A stretch of 52,193 bases of DNA from Fibrobacteria bacterium. Its GTDB lineage: Bacteria > Fibrobacterota > Fibrobacteria > UBA11236. Shown in pieces: positions 1-9,931 of this stretch; positions within the stretch are counted from its first letter, which is position 1, and every line of letters starts with the position of its first letter. The stretch spans positions 1 through 52,193 of the forward strand of contig JBDSWM010000403.1 in NCBI GenBank assembly GCA_039926685.1, written 5' to 3'. The position numbers were made by a program, and so were the translations under genes. The notes below the pieces were generated by a model. That model ran no database searches, had not been told where the DNA came from, and saw only the letters and a program-made list of their open reading frames with translations.

Positions 1-499
1 CGACGCAGAAGGGCGCGTCCTCGAAGTCCGCCCAGGTCAGCTCCCGCGACGGGGAGAAGACGAAACCGGGCTTGGTGATCCAATAGCTGAAGTCGCGGGT
101 GTCGTCGAAATGCCCGCCCCAAAAGGCGTTCCAGGTGATGGACTGGAGGCCCGCGCTCATGGGGGAGGTGGGCCACTCCAAAGGAACGTCCCAAGGGGTT
201 TGCACGCCCTTCCAGGTTTCGCTGTCGAAGCTGCACACGTGGGCGGGCAGGGGCGTGGTCTTGGCGCGCCCCTGGGAATGGGTCACCACGGTCATGAAAT
301 TGTAGCCCGCCATGGGAATGGCCGCGAAGGCGGTGGAACAGAAGCCGTACTGGGCCGTGCCCGTCGCGATTTGATCGGGCTTGGTGGTGTAGCCGCAATA
401 CCAATTGCGGGAAGGGGGGCTTTCCATCAAGCCGTCGCAGAAGGCAGATCCCGCAAGGGCCAGTGAAAGGGGCAAGGTCAAATACTTAAAGCGATCCAT
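1..499 (-). CDS. AA10 lytic polysaccharide monooxygenase-like secreted protein (3' partial), His1 replaced by Asp
   Basis: Not in the ORF track because it runs off the window. Manual translation from ATG 499 (RBS AGGAGG just upstream): MDRFKYLTLPLSLALAGSAFC-DGLMESPPSRNWYCGYTTKPDQ...GYNFMTVVTHSQGR...HVCSFDSETWKG...WP...ITWNAFWGGHFDDTRDFSYWITKPGF...ELTWADFEDAPFC. This matches AA10 motifs (HGxxxxPxSR, second His, YxTK, LxWxD). Confidence 0.85.
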   Translation of the reverse strand, partial: MDRFKYLTLPLSLALAGSAFCDGLMESPPSRNWYCGYTTKPDQIATGTAQYGFCSTAFAAIPMAGYNFMTVVTHSQGRAKTTPLPAHVCSFDSETWKGVQTPWDVPLEWPTSPMSAGLQSITWNAFWGGHFDDTRDFSYWITKPGFVFSPSRELTWADFEDAPFCV

Positions 500-572
500 C
501 CATCCTCCTGGGATTGTTAGTGGTCGAAGGGGCGAGGACGGTGCGGACGGCCGGGGAGGCGCCGGCGCCTGC

Positions 573-1202
573 CTAAATACGCGCCCGGAGGGAATCCAGG
601 GAGGCATGGCCGGAATAATTTTCCAATCGGTAGACTTCGCCGTTTTTGCCCACCAGGAAAAGGGTCGGAAGCGATGTGACCTGATAGGTCTCGCCGAATT
701 TCCGCACCGTATCCCAATAGACCGGGATTTTCACCCCGTACTTGGTTATGAACTCGCCGATTTCCTGAAAGTCGCTGCGCATATTGGCGATGGCGAGGGT
801 TTCCACGCCCTTGGCGCGGATCTCGCCGGCGAAGGTTTGGATTTCTGGGGTGGCGGCCTGGCAATGCGGGCAGGTAGGCCCGAAGTAGAATAGCAGAACC
901 GGCTTACCGCGATAGGCCAGAAAATTCACTTGCGGCCGGGTGATGGGCTGTAGAGGGATGGAGAAATCCATCCGGGTGGATCCCGGGTTGGGCGGCGGAA
1001 CCGCAGGCAAGACCGTGGCAGCAGGCGCAGCCGGGACGGCAGGCGGTGATATGGGGCCTGTAGGGTCGGGACTGGAGGCGGGCACAGCCGCGGGTTGCGA
1101 GACCGACCGGTTTTCACTCTCAGATCCTTTTTTGCAGGCCAACATAAATTGGCCGCATAAGACCGCCAGCAGGATGGATAAGATAAGCGAAGATGATTTC
1201 AT
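573..1202 (-). CDS. TlpA/ResA-like thiol-disulfide oxidoreductase lipoprotein
   Basis: Start re-assigned to MKSSSL (1202). Lipobox-like MLAC, Pro/Ala linker, GKPVLLFYFGPTCPHC (CxxC) and YQVTSLPTLFLVGKNG. Confidence 0.85.
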   Translation of the reverse strand: MKSSSLILSILLAVLCGQFMLACKKGSESENRSVSQPAAVPASSPDPTGPISPPAVPAAPAATVLPAVPPPNPGSTRMDFSIPLQPITRPQVNFLAYRGKPVLLFYFGPTCPHCQAATPEIQTFAGEIRAKGVETLAIANMRSDFQEIGEFITKYGVKIPVYWDTVRKFGETYQVTSLPTLFLVGKNGEVYRLENYSGHASLDSLRARI

Positions 1203-1404
1203 AGGACCCCTGGATACGGCAAGGTGATATTTCCTGCCCGGACAAGATACTACCGATCGCCGTCTCCACCACCGAGGCCGTGAGCCATGCGAAGCGCGGG
1301 GGAAGGGGTGAGTTGCCAGGACGACATGGCGCATTCCGCGAACGTTAAGATCGACTTGGTTCCCTTGCTATAGCCTCGGCGCCCATCCCGTAAAAGCCGC
1401 CCGA

Positions 1405-2661
1405 TCAAAATCCCGCAAGCGTTTTCCGGTACAATACCTTCCCGCCTTCCCCGGCGCTGACGATCAGCCAAGCCGGTCCGGTTGGCCGCGCCTCAGGCAT
1501 CTGGAACGTGTGCCAACCCGTATCGAAACGGCCTTCCGCCAAGACGACGCTCGTTTTGCCGCTCACATCGGCCAGCGCTATTTTGAGCTCGCGGGAACGG
1601 GAAGTGCGCAACCGGATCGATTCCCGGGAAATGCGGCTTTGGAATTCCTCCCTTCCTCCGGTGCCATCCGAACCCTCTCGGGCGCGGACTCCGGTGGCGG
1701 CGCCGGAAACAACCTGGTCCACGAAATCGGCCAGGGCCCGGTTGCGGGAAATCGCCACGCCGTCCGGCAGCTTGCGGACGAACCATTTCACTTCCCAGGC
1801 GATCGAATCGTTGGCGGGAATCGGATCATAGGCGCCTTGCAATTCCATCTCTTCCAAGGCGGACGTGATATAAAGTTCGCATTCGTTTTCCGTTCCCGGC
1901 GCCTTCTTGGCCGGTGGCGTATCCGCATACTTCTTGATGAAGAGCACCCGGCCCTTGTCCACATGGGCCATCCAGCCTGGCGCGCCTCCATCCGCGAAAA
2001 TCTTGGTCGTGCCCGAGAGGGCGGCGGAGCTGTCGTAGGTGAACCAGGTGATGCCGAGGGTGTCGCGTACTTGCTTCAACAGACCCGTATTCCCCGTCGG
2101 GGATCCGCTCCCTGTGGGCCAGAAAATCAGGCCGCCGGAAGGGAAGCGGGTGTCCTCCCAGGGCGCCCAGGTTATGGGCGCGGAAGAGGTATTGACGTAG
2201 TGGTACCGGTTGGTGAAGGACGAGTCCTTTAGGTTCGCGGAAAAAGTCTTGCGGATGCGGAGTTTCATGTAGCTGTCCGCCGTTCCGGTATAGGTGACCG
2301 CGGTATCCGCCGCCGCCAACCCTCCCGTATAGGCATTGCCGTCCATGGCGGCCGGGGGCGGCCAGCAATCCACCGTGTTCGCGCTCTTGCAGGCGGCGGT
2401 CCAATAAGCCTGGGGGCTGGCCCAAGCGGTGGATCCCCACAGGACGTTCCCGCCGGAGCTGTTGAGATAGAGCATCTCGGCGCCCTGGTACTTGAGGGAA
2501 GAGATGCGGGCGGAGTTGCCGGGACCGACTTGCAAGGCGGCGCCGCCGGTGGTAAGGATGTAGTTGCTCCCGGTTAGGACCGGGATGGCCTTTTGGCCGT
2601 ACATGACCGAAGGGAAAAAGAGCGCCAGGCATGCTCCCCGGATACCGGATAGTCGCGTCAA
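1405..2661 (-). CDS. Secreted DUF4380-like (galactose-mutarotase-like fold) protein with C-terminal sorting-like domain
   Basis: ARISSLK, WGSTAWASPQAYW, WPPP, APWEDTR, KIFADG, ELYI..LEEMELQGAY motifs. TTG start at 2661 is inferred from the signal peptide position and is uncertain. Confidence 0.65.
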   Translation of the reverse strand: MTRLSGIRGACLALFFPSVMYGQKAIPVLTGSNYILTTGGAALQVGPGNSARISSLKYQGAEMLYLNSSGGNVLWGSTAWASPQAYWTAACKSANTVDCWPPPAAMDGNAYTGGLAAADTAVTYTGTADSYMKLRIRKTFSANLKDSSFTNRYHYVNTSSAPITWAPWEDTRFPSGGLIFWPTGSGSPTGNTGLLKQVRDTLGITWFTYDSSAALSGTTKIFADGGAPGWMAHVDKGRVLFIKKYADTPPAKKAPGTENECELYITSALEEMELQGAYDPIPANDSIAWEVKWFVRKLPDGVAISRNRALADFVDQVVSGAATGVRAREGSDGTGGREEFQSRISRESIRLRTSRSRELKIALADVSGKTSVVLAEGRFDTGWHTFQMPEARPTGPAWLIVSAGEGGKVLYRKTLAGF

Positions 2662-2837
2662 ATCCGCCCCCAGGAAAGGTGTCCCGCTAATATACCGCCA
2701 GAGCGCCGGAGCCGGCGCTTGACCTTTGCCCGCCCTGTGAATTAGAATCGGAATTGACTCCGCCGCGGTCAGAATTAGATTCAGGGAACGCCTTTCCGAT
2801 GTAGCGTCTTCTTTCTCCGAAACGAATCGAGCATGCC

Positions 2838-4271
2838 ATGCGGATATCCTGCCCTTCCAAAAGGGTTTCCCTGCTGTTGTGCGCCTCTGCTTTTTTGTCG
2901 GCGGCGCCCGCCGCCGCATTGCGTTTCAGCGATCCCGGCTTCCGCTCCGAAACCTTGGCCGTATTGCCGGCCTCCCAACCCGTGGGATTGGCGTGGGGTC
3001 CCGGCGGCAGGATATTCATCTGGCAGAAGGATGGTTTGGTAAGGATCCTGAAGGACGGGGCCTTGTTGCCTACCCCTTTTATCGATATCCGGGATCATGT
3101 GAATACCGCCCATGATCGCGGAATGATGGGACTCGCCCTCGACCCCGATTTCGCGGCCAACGGGTACGTCTATCTCTTCTACACTTTCGAACCGGGAGGA
3201 GGAGCCGCGTCCAGCGACGGAGGACCGCGCAACGGCCGGCTTACGCGCGTCCAGGCCGATCCAGCCGACCCTGATCGGGCTTTGCCCGGATCCGAAACCC
3301 CTATCCTGGGCAAGCAGGAAGGGCCATGCTCCCAGTCTCCCGCCGGTTCCGATTGCATCAGCACGGACGTGGATTCCCATGGCGTGGGGACCTTGCTGTT
3401 CGCCCCCGACGGCAAGCTCTTCGCCAGCATCGGCGATGGCGCCGATTATAACCAACCCGATTCCCTTTCCTTCCGCTCGCAGGATTTGGATAGGTATGAA
3501 GGCAAACTCCTGCGCCTCAACCCGGATGGAAGCGCGCCGGGCGACAACCCCTTCGATGACGGCACCCAATCCATCCGCTCCCTGATCTATGCCTATGGGC
3601 TGCGCAACCCTTTCCGGTTCGGATTGGACGCCTCGGGCGAACCGTACATCGGCGATGTGGGGTCGAACCTGTTCGAAGAAATCGATCGCGGGCGGGGAGC
3701 GAATTTCGGATGGCCATGCTGGGAAGGGAACGGTCCCAACTGGCGCCGGGTGGACGTACTCGGCGTCGAGAATTGCCGCAAACTCGATTCCACCGTCAGC
3801 GTCCCCGTCAAACCCGTCTTCACCTACGGACGCGAAAGCGGCACTAGCGTGATCGGCGGCGACTTCAACCCGGGGATCTCATTTCCGGACAGCATGCGCG
3901 GGGATTTCTTCTTCGGGGATTGGGGCACCGACAAGCTGATGCGCTTGCGCTTGGATACCGCCGGGCGCGCTATTGCGGCGACAGAGTTCGCCGGGGAGGC
4001 GGGGCGGCCCGTTTTCCTGCGATTCGGTCCGGACGGTCTCTTGTACTATGTGGCCAACTCGGACCGGGGATCCGCGGAAATCCGGCGCATTGCGTTCACG
4101 GGGGCGCAATCCGCGATCCATGGCCCGCGCCGGCGTCATTCCGTTCCGAATCCGGTGGCCTTTCCCCTCTTCGACGGAACCGGCCGGTTGCGGGGGCGAA
4201 TCGAGGCTCCGAACCCGCCTGGGCGCCCTGGTATCGGCCGCTGGGGAACCCCGGTTTTTCCGGAGAAATAG
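2838..4271 (+). CDS. PQQ-dependent sugar (glucose/sorbosone) dehydrogenase family protein, secreted
   Basis: Signal peptide; DRGMMGLALDPDF, FAPDGKLFASIGDG, GKLLRLNPDGSAPGDNPF, YAYGLRNPFR, GANFGWP, FGPDGLLY. Confidence 0.88.
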   Translation: MRISCPSKRVSLLLCASAFLSAAPAAALRFSDPGFRSETLAVLPASQPVGLAWGPGGRIFIWQKDGLVRILKDGALLPTPFIDIRDHVNTAHDRGMMGLALDPDFAANGYVYLFYTFEPGGGAASSDGGPRNGRLTRVQADPADPDRALPGSETPILGKQEGPCSQSPAGSDCISTDVDSHGVGTLLFAPDGKLFASIGDGADYNQPDSLSFRSQDLDRYEGKLLRLNPDGSAPGDNPFDDGTQSIRSLIYAYGLRNPFRFGLDASGEPYIGDVGSNLFEEIDRGRGANFGWPCWEGNGPNWRRVDVLGVENCRKLDSTVSVPVKPVFTYGRESGTSVIGGDFNPGISFPDSMRGDFFFGDWGTDKLMRLRLDTAGRAIAATEFAGEAGRPVFLRFGPDGLLYYVANSDRGSAEIRRIAFTGAQSAIHGPRRRHSVPNPVAFPLFDGTGRLRGRIEAPNPPGRPGIGRWGTPVFPEK

Positions 4272-4289
4272 GCTTGCCTTATCCCGAAC

Positions 4290-6467
4290 CTATTCCTGCA
4301 GGGTGGCGCAGGAAATGGGATTTCCGGTCAGGCCAGGGCGGGAAAAACAGAATGCTGCCTTTCCGGATGGCTTAAGGAATAATCGGGGGGCGGCACCGCC
4401 AAAAGCCCCTACCTGGGGCAGTTCCCAGAGAAGCGCTCCCTGATCGTCTACCTTGGAAATCGTGAGACCTTCGCGGTATCCCAACAGCAAGGTTCCCCCT
4501 TGCGTGGCTAGCGCACCGGTCCATTTTCCGCCCATGCCTTGTACCGCGGCCGGAAAGGTTTCGGTCCAGAGGCGATTTCCCAGGGAATCGACCTTGGCTA
4601 TCCCGGCTCGATAATCAAAATCGGTGATATTGAATACTTCCCCCACGAGCAGGTATCCCCCATCCGAAGTCGGTTCCGCGTAAAGGCCCCGGGGGGTGCT
4701 TATGTTCGAAAACGATTGTTGCCATTGCGCCTGCCCAATGGAGTCAATCTTGAGAATGACCGCGGATTGGTCCCCGAATCGGTTCCTCGATTCGCCGGCG
4801 AGGATATAGCCTCCGTCAGCAGTCGGTTTAAGGGAATTCGCGAGGGCGCTTCGGAAGCCAATGGGTTTCTTTTCCCATTCCGTATTCCCGAGTTTATCGA
4901 TCTTTGCCATCCATCCTTGATCCTCGTCGCCGGGGCGGCCGGACAGCGAGAATAGGAACCCCGAATCCGGAGCCTGGACGAAATCCAGGATTGTGGCGGC
5001 TAGAAAGAGTTCCCTGGTCCCTTGGTAAACGACCCCGCCAGCCGAATTCAACCGCACCAATTGCGCGCGGGGATTCCTGAAGTCAGTGCCCACCGCCGAC
5101 ACGGCCACTCCGCCATCCAGAGTGGGCCTGACATGGGTGCCCCTCCACCCTGGCCCGCCCTGCCACGACCACAACACGGATCCTGAACTATCGACGCGGG
5201 ACACTTCCAACGGCTCCTGCAGGATGGCCCAGCCATCGTCCAGCGGGCAATACGATGCCAGCTTGAGATCGGCTGGGACTTGGGTTGCCACTATCGCGAC
5301 CGCCGGTTGCGGCGCGCCGGGGGGCCCGTCGCCCAGCGGGAAATCAAGGGATCCGGGGAAGGTCCAGTCCTTATACCAGAGATCGCCGTCCACGATGGCG
5401 CCCGCCTTGGCCGCGAGGAGGTTGTTCATCACAAAATCGCCTTGGAAGCGGAAGGCCCAATCGGATTGGAGGTTGGTAGCGATGCCGCTGGCGAACATGA
5501 CGGCCTTTTCCCAGCTACCCGCGCAGTCTTCCTTGGCATCCATCACCCCGCCTGACACGCCATTGTCGATCAGGGTGAGATGCGACCAATGGCCGGAGGA
5601 CTTGCGCGGTTCGCCTCCTTGCGAGCTGCTGCATTCGATGACGTTATCGCCCACGGGTTCGAGGGGGACGACGCTGCCAGGATCCCGCGGCCGGGGAGCC
5701 TCCATTCTCTGGATGCCGATGGCATAGTCGACATTGCCTTGGAATCCGTGGTCCAGGTCGAAACCATCGTCCGTCTCGTTCGTCACCACCAGATGGTCGG
5801 CATTGACTGCGCCGCCGAACCATTCGATGCCGTCATCATCGTCGCGATGGACCTGGACATGGTGAATCACCGTCTTGCGGCCTACGGCGCACAGGGTGAT
5901 CCCGTTCAATTCCCGGTCCACCATGAGGGGTAAACCGGGTCCGTCCAGGCGTAGGTAGGCCAGCACGCCGGAGGAGTCGTCATCATTGGCGCCTCCGAAT
6001 CTGGTCCAGGGAAGGCCTTCGTACTGATTGAGTACGCCTTGGTTGCTGATGCCTTTGCCCACCACCACGATTCCGCCTCAGGACCCGCGTTCCGCACCGG
6101 GCTCGCCGCTGAAGGTGATGGGTTGCTCCTTGGTTCCGGCGGCGACCAGGTAGCCGCCGCGATCCACCAGGAGCGTGCCCCGGTTGGCGGTGGAGGCTTC
6201 GACATAGGTGCCCGGTTGTATGGTCAGCGTGACGCCCGCCTTCACCAAAGTGAAACCGTTCAGGACCCAGATTTTATCGCTGGTCAGCGTTGTGTTCGTC
6301 ACGATGGAATCCGCGGGATTCGGCTCGGCATGAACCTTGACGGGAATGGCAACCCTAGGGAGACCGGCCGGCGGGGTCGCGCCCAGCGCCGAACCCATAC
6401 CAATAACCATCGCGGTTGCAATGGCCCTGGATACCAATCCTCGTTTACAAAAAGCGGTATGGCGCAT
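4290..6467 (-). pseudogene. Secreted beta-helix protein plus C-terminal propeller-like repeats, interrupted by an in-frame TGA at 6078-6080
   Basis: ORFs 6078..6467 and 4290..6068 are in the same frame. They read PITFSGEPGAERGS*GGIVVVG where the family has GxWGG. Also DDGIEWFGG, DDGFDLDHGFQG and DGGYILAG repeats. RBS AGGAG before ATG 6467. Confidence 0.75.
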
Positions 6468-6748
6468 TGATGGATATCTCCTGTAACGGATTACTCTCGA
6501 AGCGGGCGGGGAATCGCTTCCTGGGGAATCTTGAAATCGGGTCTTTCGATCCGCCTCAAGCCTTGTTGCGGGTCTGTTTCGCCCTCCTGGATGGTGCGCC
6601 CCACGCGGGCGAGCGCGGTGCCTGCTCGCTTTCCCGATCCAAGAATGAAAGAGAGGCAATATTCGCGTGAAAAAATGCTAGTCATTTATGCTAATCCCGT
6701 GTTCCCGAATGCCGGGATCGGGCGCGCGCAATCGGAAAGGATACTCTT

Positions 6749-9700
6749 ATGGGGAAAAGGTGGTTTTATACCGCTTCGTTGGCCGCCATCTCGTTGGCCG
6801 CCTTCGCTTCGCCTGCCTTAGTTTCGGCTACCGTCGCTTCGACGGCGGTGGAATATACCGTGACGCCAGGCTTGGTCCGTTCCGCGGTCGCGCCCTTGCG
6901 GACGGGACGCATGACGGGAACGGTGCTTCCCATCTGGAACCCGCCCGACATCTACGCCCGCATACGGCGGGGGTTCGGGGAACAAGGCTTCCGGCTGTTC
7001 CGCTTCCCCAATGGGAGCCTTTCCAACCAATATCACTGGAACGGATCCGGAAGCTACGATGCAACCAGCATTTGGCACCCGGACAGCGCCACCGTAACGC
7101 CGGGCTTCCAAGCGAATACCCGCTATAGGGGAACGACCAAGAGCAATTATGGCTCGGTCTTCTATTCCAACCTGACCGACGGGGTCGACTCCACCCTATG
7201 GTGGAGCGATCCGCTCGGCGGAATCGATCCTTGGGCGGCGGTGGATCTGGGCTCGGCCCGGACCCTCGATTCGGTCAGCATCGTATGGGGCTCGCTGCGT
7301 CCGGATAGCGTGGAGGTGGGAGCCTTGACGACGGAAGGGTGGACCCTTTACGTCTCCACCGACCTCCGTTTTTCGGCGCGCGGGGCCGAGGCCGTGACGG
7401 GATCCGTTACCACCTTGAAGTTGGATGGCCGAGAGATTCGCTACCTGGCCGTCCTTCCCCATGGAGTCGGCGCCGAAGGCGTCCAGATAGGGGAGATCCG
7501 GGCCTGGTCGAACGGGGTAAAGGTCACCTCGAACGTGGCTGACCAAGCGAAGCAGAGCCGGGCCTGGGCGCTGTCGACCCATCCGGGAAGCAAACGTTCG
7601 ACCGAGTGGGGAGGCACGGGGACGCCGAACTGGACCTTCGCGAATTTCATGGATTATCTCAAGTCCATGCCCGGATCCGAGCCCATGATTTGCGTGAACT
7701 ACGGCACCGGCACCCCCGAAGAGGCGGCGTCCTGGGTGCGCTATGCCAATGTCAAAGAGGGCATGGGCATCCGCCTCTGGCAGATAGGCAACGAAAACGA
7801 TGGGGAATGGGAGGAGGGCGGACCCGTCACGGCCAAGCAATATGCCGGCAAATACCTGGCCTTCGCCCGAGCCATGAAGGCGGTGGACCCGTCCATTCTC
7901 ATCCTCGGGCCGACCCTTTCGACCATGGAATTCTCGTACGCCGGGAGCGCCAGCTTCGATGGAAACACCTGGACCGAGGAGTTCTTGCGCCTGGTAGGGG
8001 AATCCGAAACGGCCGATGGCAAGCGCTATCTCGATGGCTTCGACTTCCACGCATATCCTTACTACCCGCAGGGAAAACCCTCTCCGGAGGACATGCTCGC
8101 CGCGATGCGCAAGCTGCGCCCCAACCTCGACACCCTCTCGGCCATGATGGCCAGGCGCTTGCAGGATCCGGGATCGCGCCTGATCTCGCTTTCCGAATTC
8201 AATGCCTCGGTGGTTTCCATGGACCTTACCATGCGTCCCGAAAACGCCACCGGCATGGCGATGATGCTCGCGCAGCTGATCGAGAAGTTCGGCGGGTCGG
8301 CCATGTCGATCGATTGGGAATCGTATACGGCCGTTGGAGGCAATCCCGACGGGAGTTCGGGAGGAACCTACGGAGCGCTCGCCCTATTCATCCCCCCGCG
8401 CTCGGGCGCGGCCTCGTCGCTGGACCTCGCGCCCAACGCGCCTTTCTGGGGCAACTGGATGGTGTCCAAGGCTTGGGCCATCGATTCGGCGAAGCCGATG
8501 GAGGTGGGCGTTGCGGGGGGAAACCTCCTGGAAGCGTTCGCCCTGACCGATGGACAGGATACATCCTACCTGTTCCAGAACCTATCGGCGGTGCCCTGCT
8601 CGGTCCAGGTGGACCAATCCCCGACGCGCGGCTGGATCTATTCGTTCTCGGCGGATCAATACGCCTGGAACGGGACTACCGCCAGCGCCTATGCCTCGCC
8701 CAACTCGGGACCGTCCTCGCGACCGGTGCCGGCAGGGTGGACCGGGAAGGCTTCCGTTCCGGGATTCGGGATGATCGTGGTCAGGACCAATTCTTCCACA
8801 TCCCTATCCGCCGCCGACCATGTGGTGCAGATGGCCGTCAACAACGCCAATCTCGAGTTCGGCGACACCTTGGCCATTTCGGGAACGGTTATCCGTTCGC
8901 CCGACGCCGCGGCGCCGGAAGCCCGATTGGGCGATTCCGCCTTCGCGCTATCCGCCACCGATGGGGCCTGGGATGGACCGCAGGAAGCGTTCAGTGTTCG
9001 CATCCCGGCGGAAGATTTGGGGGAAGGCGTCCGTTGGCTGCGGCTGGGCGCGGCGGATTCGCTCCACATCGCCATCACGGGCAAGGCCAGGCCCACGACG
9101 CGGGTGGATCTTTTCGATGACGAGTTGCTGCCTTCCGACCAGCCTTCCAAAATGGCATGGACGGCGTACATCGCGGGCGCGCCGAATACGGGATTGGTTT
9201 ATTCCTTCCCCGCGCGTACCGGGGGAGGACGCGCCTTCATGGCCAAGGCCTCCTTGAAACAACCCGCCAACCTGGGCTATAGGGTTTATGCCGAGTCCGG
9301 CCTGCGCCTGGACAGAGCCCTGGTCGCCGCTTCCATCGGGGTCAAGTTCGACTATGCCAGCTGGCACGCCTCCGGGGGGGCTTTCAATCTCCAGGTGACC
9401 ACCGATACGGTCAAGAACTATGACGAATACGATCTCGCGCTTCCCAATACCGATTCCGCGTGGCAGACCATCCGGGTCAAGTGGAGCGCTTTCGCGCAAT
9501 TGGGATGGGGCGGCGTGGCCACCGGCCCCCTGCTGGCGCGCCAGATCAACGGCCTTAACTTCCGCGCCTACGGGGAAGGCGACACCAAATTCTGGATCGA
9601 CAACCTGGTCCTGCTGGGCGCCTCCGGCGATTCCATTTCCGGCATCCGGCGCGCGAGCGTCGCCCGGGACGGGTGGTCCGTAATCCCGAAGGGGAATCTC

Positions 9701-9886
9701 TGGGCTTTCGATTTGCCCGCGGGCGCGAAGCTGCGCTTGATCAGTCTCGATGGCCGGGAGGTCTATGCCTTCGCAGCGCGCGAACGTGAACTTGTGGGTT
9801 ACCGTCCCCGGCATGCCGGAATTCTCTATGCCCAGGTGGAGATCCAGGGCCGGCGACAGGTGAAAATGCTGCCGATGATCCGGTAA
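6749..9886 (+). CDS. Multimodular clan GH-A glycoside hydrolase (GH44/GH51-like) with discoidin-like insert, CBM11/CIA30-like module and C-terminal sorting-like domain
   Basis: Signal peptide; RFPNGSLSNQYHW, VNYGTGTPEEAASWVRYAN, WQIGNE (acid/base), FDFHAYPY, LSEFN (nucleophile); WAAVDLGSARTLDSVSIVW insert; WQTIRVKWSAF...FWIDNL. Confidence 0.75.
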   Translation: MGKRWFYTASLAAISLAAFASPALVSATVASTAVEYTVTPGLVRSAVAPLRTGRMTGTVLPIWNPPDIYARIRRGFGEQGFRLFRFPNGSLSNQYHWNGSGSYDATSIWHPDSATVTPGFQANTRYRGTTKSNYGSVFYSNLTDGVDSTLWWSDPLGGIDPWAAVDLGSARTLDSVSIVWGSLRPDSVEVGALTTEGWTLYVSTDLRFSARGAEAVTGSVTTLKLDGREIRYLAVLPHGVGAEGVQIGEIRAWSNGVKVTSNVADQAKQSRAWALSTHPGSKRSTEWGGTGTPNWTFANFMDYLKSMPGSEPMICVNYGTGTPEEAASWVRYANVKEGMGIRLWQIGNENDGEWEEGGPVTAKQYAGKYLAFARAMKAVDPSILILGPTLSTMEFSYAGSASFDGNTWTEEFLRLVGESETADGKRYLDGFDFHAYPYYPQGKPSPEDMLAAMRKLRPNLDTLSAMMARRLQDPGSRLISLSEFNASVVSMDLTMRPENATGMAMMLAQLIEKFGGSAMSIDWESYTAVGGNPDGSSGGTYGALALFIPPRSGAASSLDLAPNAPFWGNWMVSKAWAIDSAKPMEVGVAGGNLLEAFALTDGQDTSYLFQNLSAVPCSVQVDQSPTRGWIYSFSADQYAWNGTTASAYASPNSGPSSRPVPAGWTGKASVPGFGMIVVRTNSSTSLSAADHVVQMAVNNANLEFGDTLAISGTVIRSPDAAAPEARLGDSAFALSATDGAWDGPQEAFSVRIPAEDLGEGVRWLRLGAADSLHIAITGKARPTTRVDLFDDELLPSDQPSKMAWTAYIAGAPNTGLVYSFPARTGGGRAFMAKASLKQPANLGYRVYAESGLRLDRALVAASIGVKFDYASWHASGGAFNLQVTTDTVKNYDEYDLALPNTDSAWQTIRVKWSAFAQLGWGGVATGPLLARQINGLNFRAYGEGDTKFWIDNLVLLGASGDSISGIRRASVARDGWSVIPKGNLWAFDLPAGAKLRLISLDGREVYAFAARERELVGYRPRHAGILYAQVEIQGRRQVKMLPMIR

Positions 9887-9931
9887 GAACCGGAGAATTG
9901 GTAGATTCCCGGGAACCATCCCGGGAATCCT

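Noticed and set aside
99-893. Plus-strand ORFs 99..305, 110..466 and 405..893
   Set aside because: Shadows of the minus-strand LPMO-like and TlpA genes.
9887-9931. SAM or other riboswitch ahead of the metF-like gene
   Set aside because: Only 45 bp of spacer, with no recognisable aptamer.
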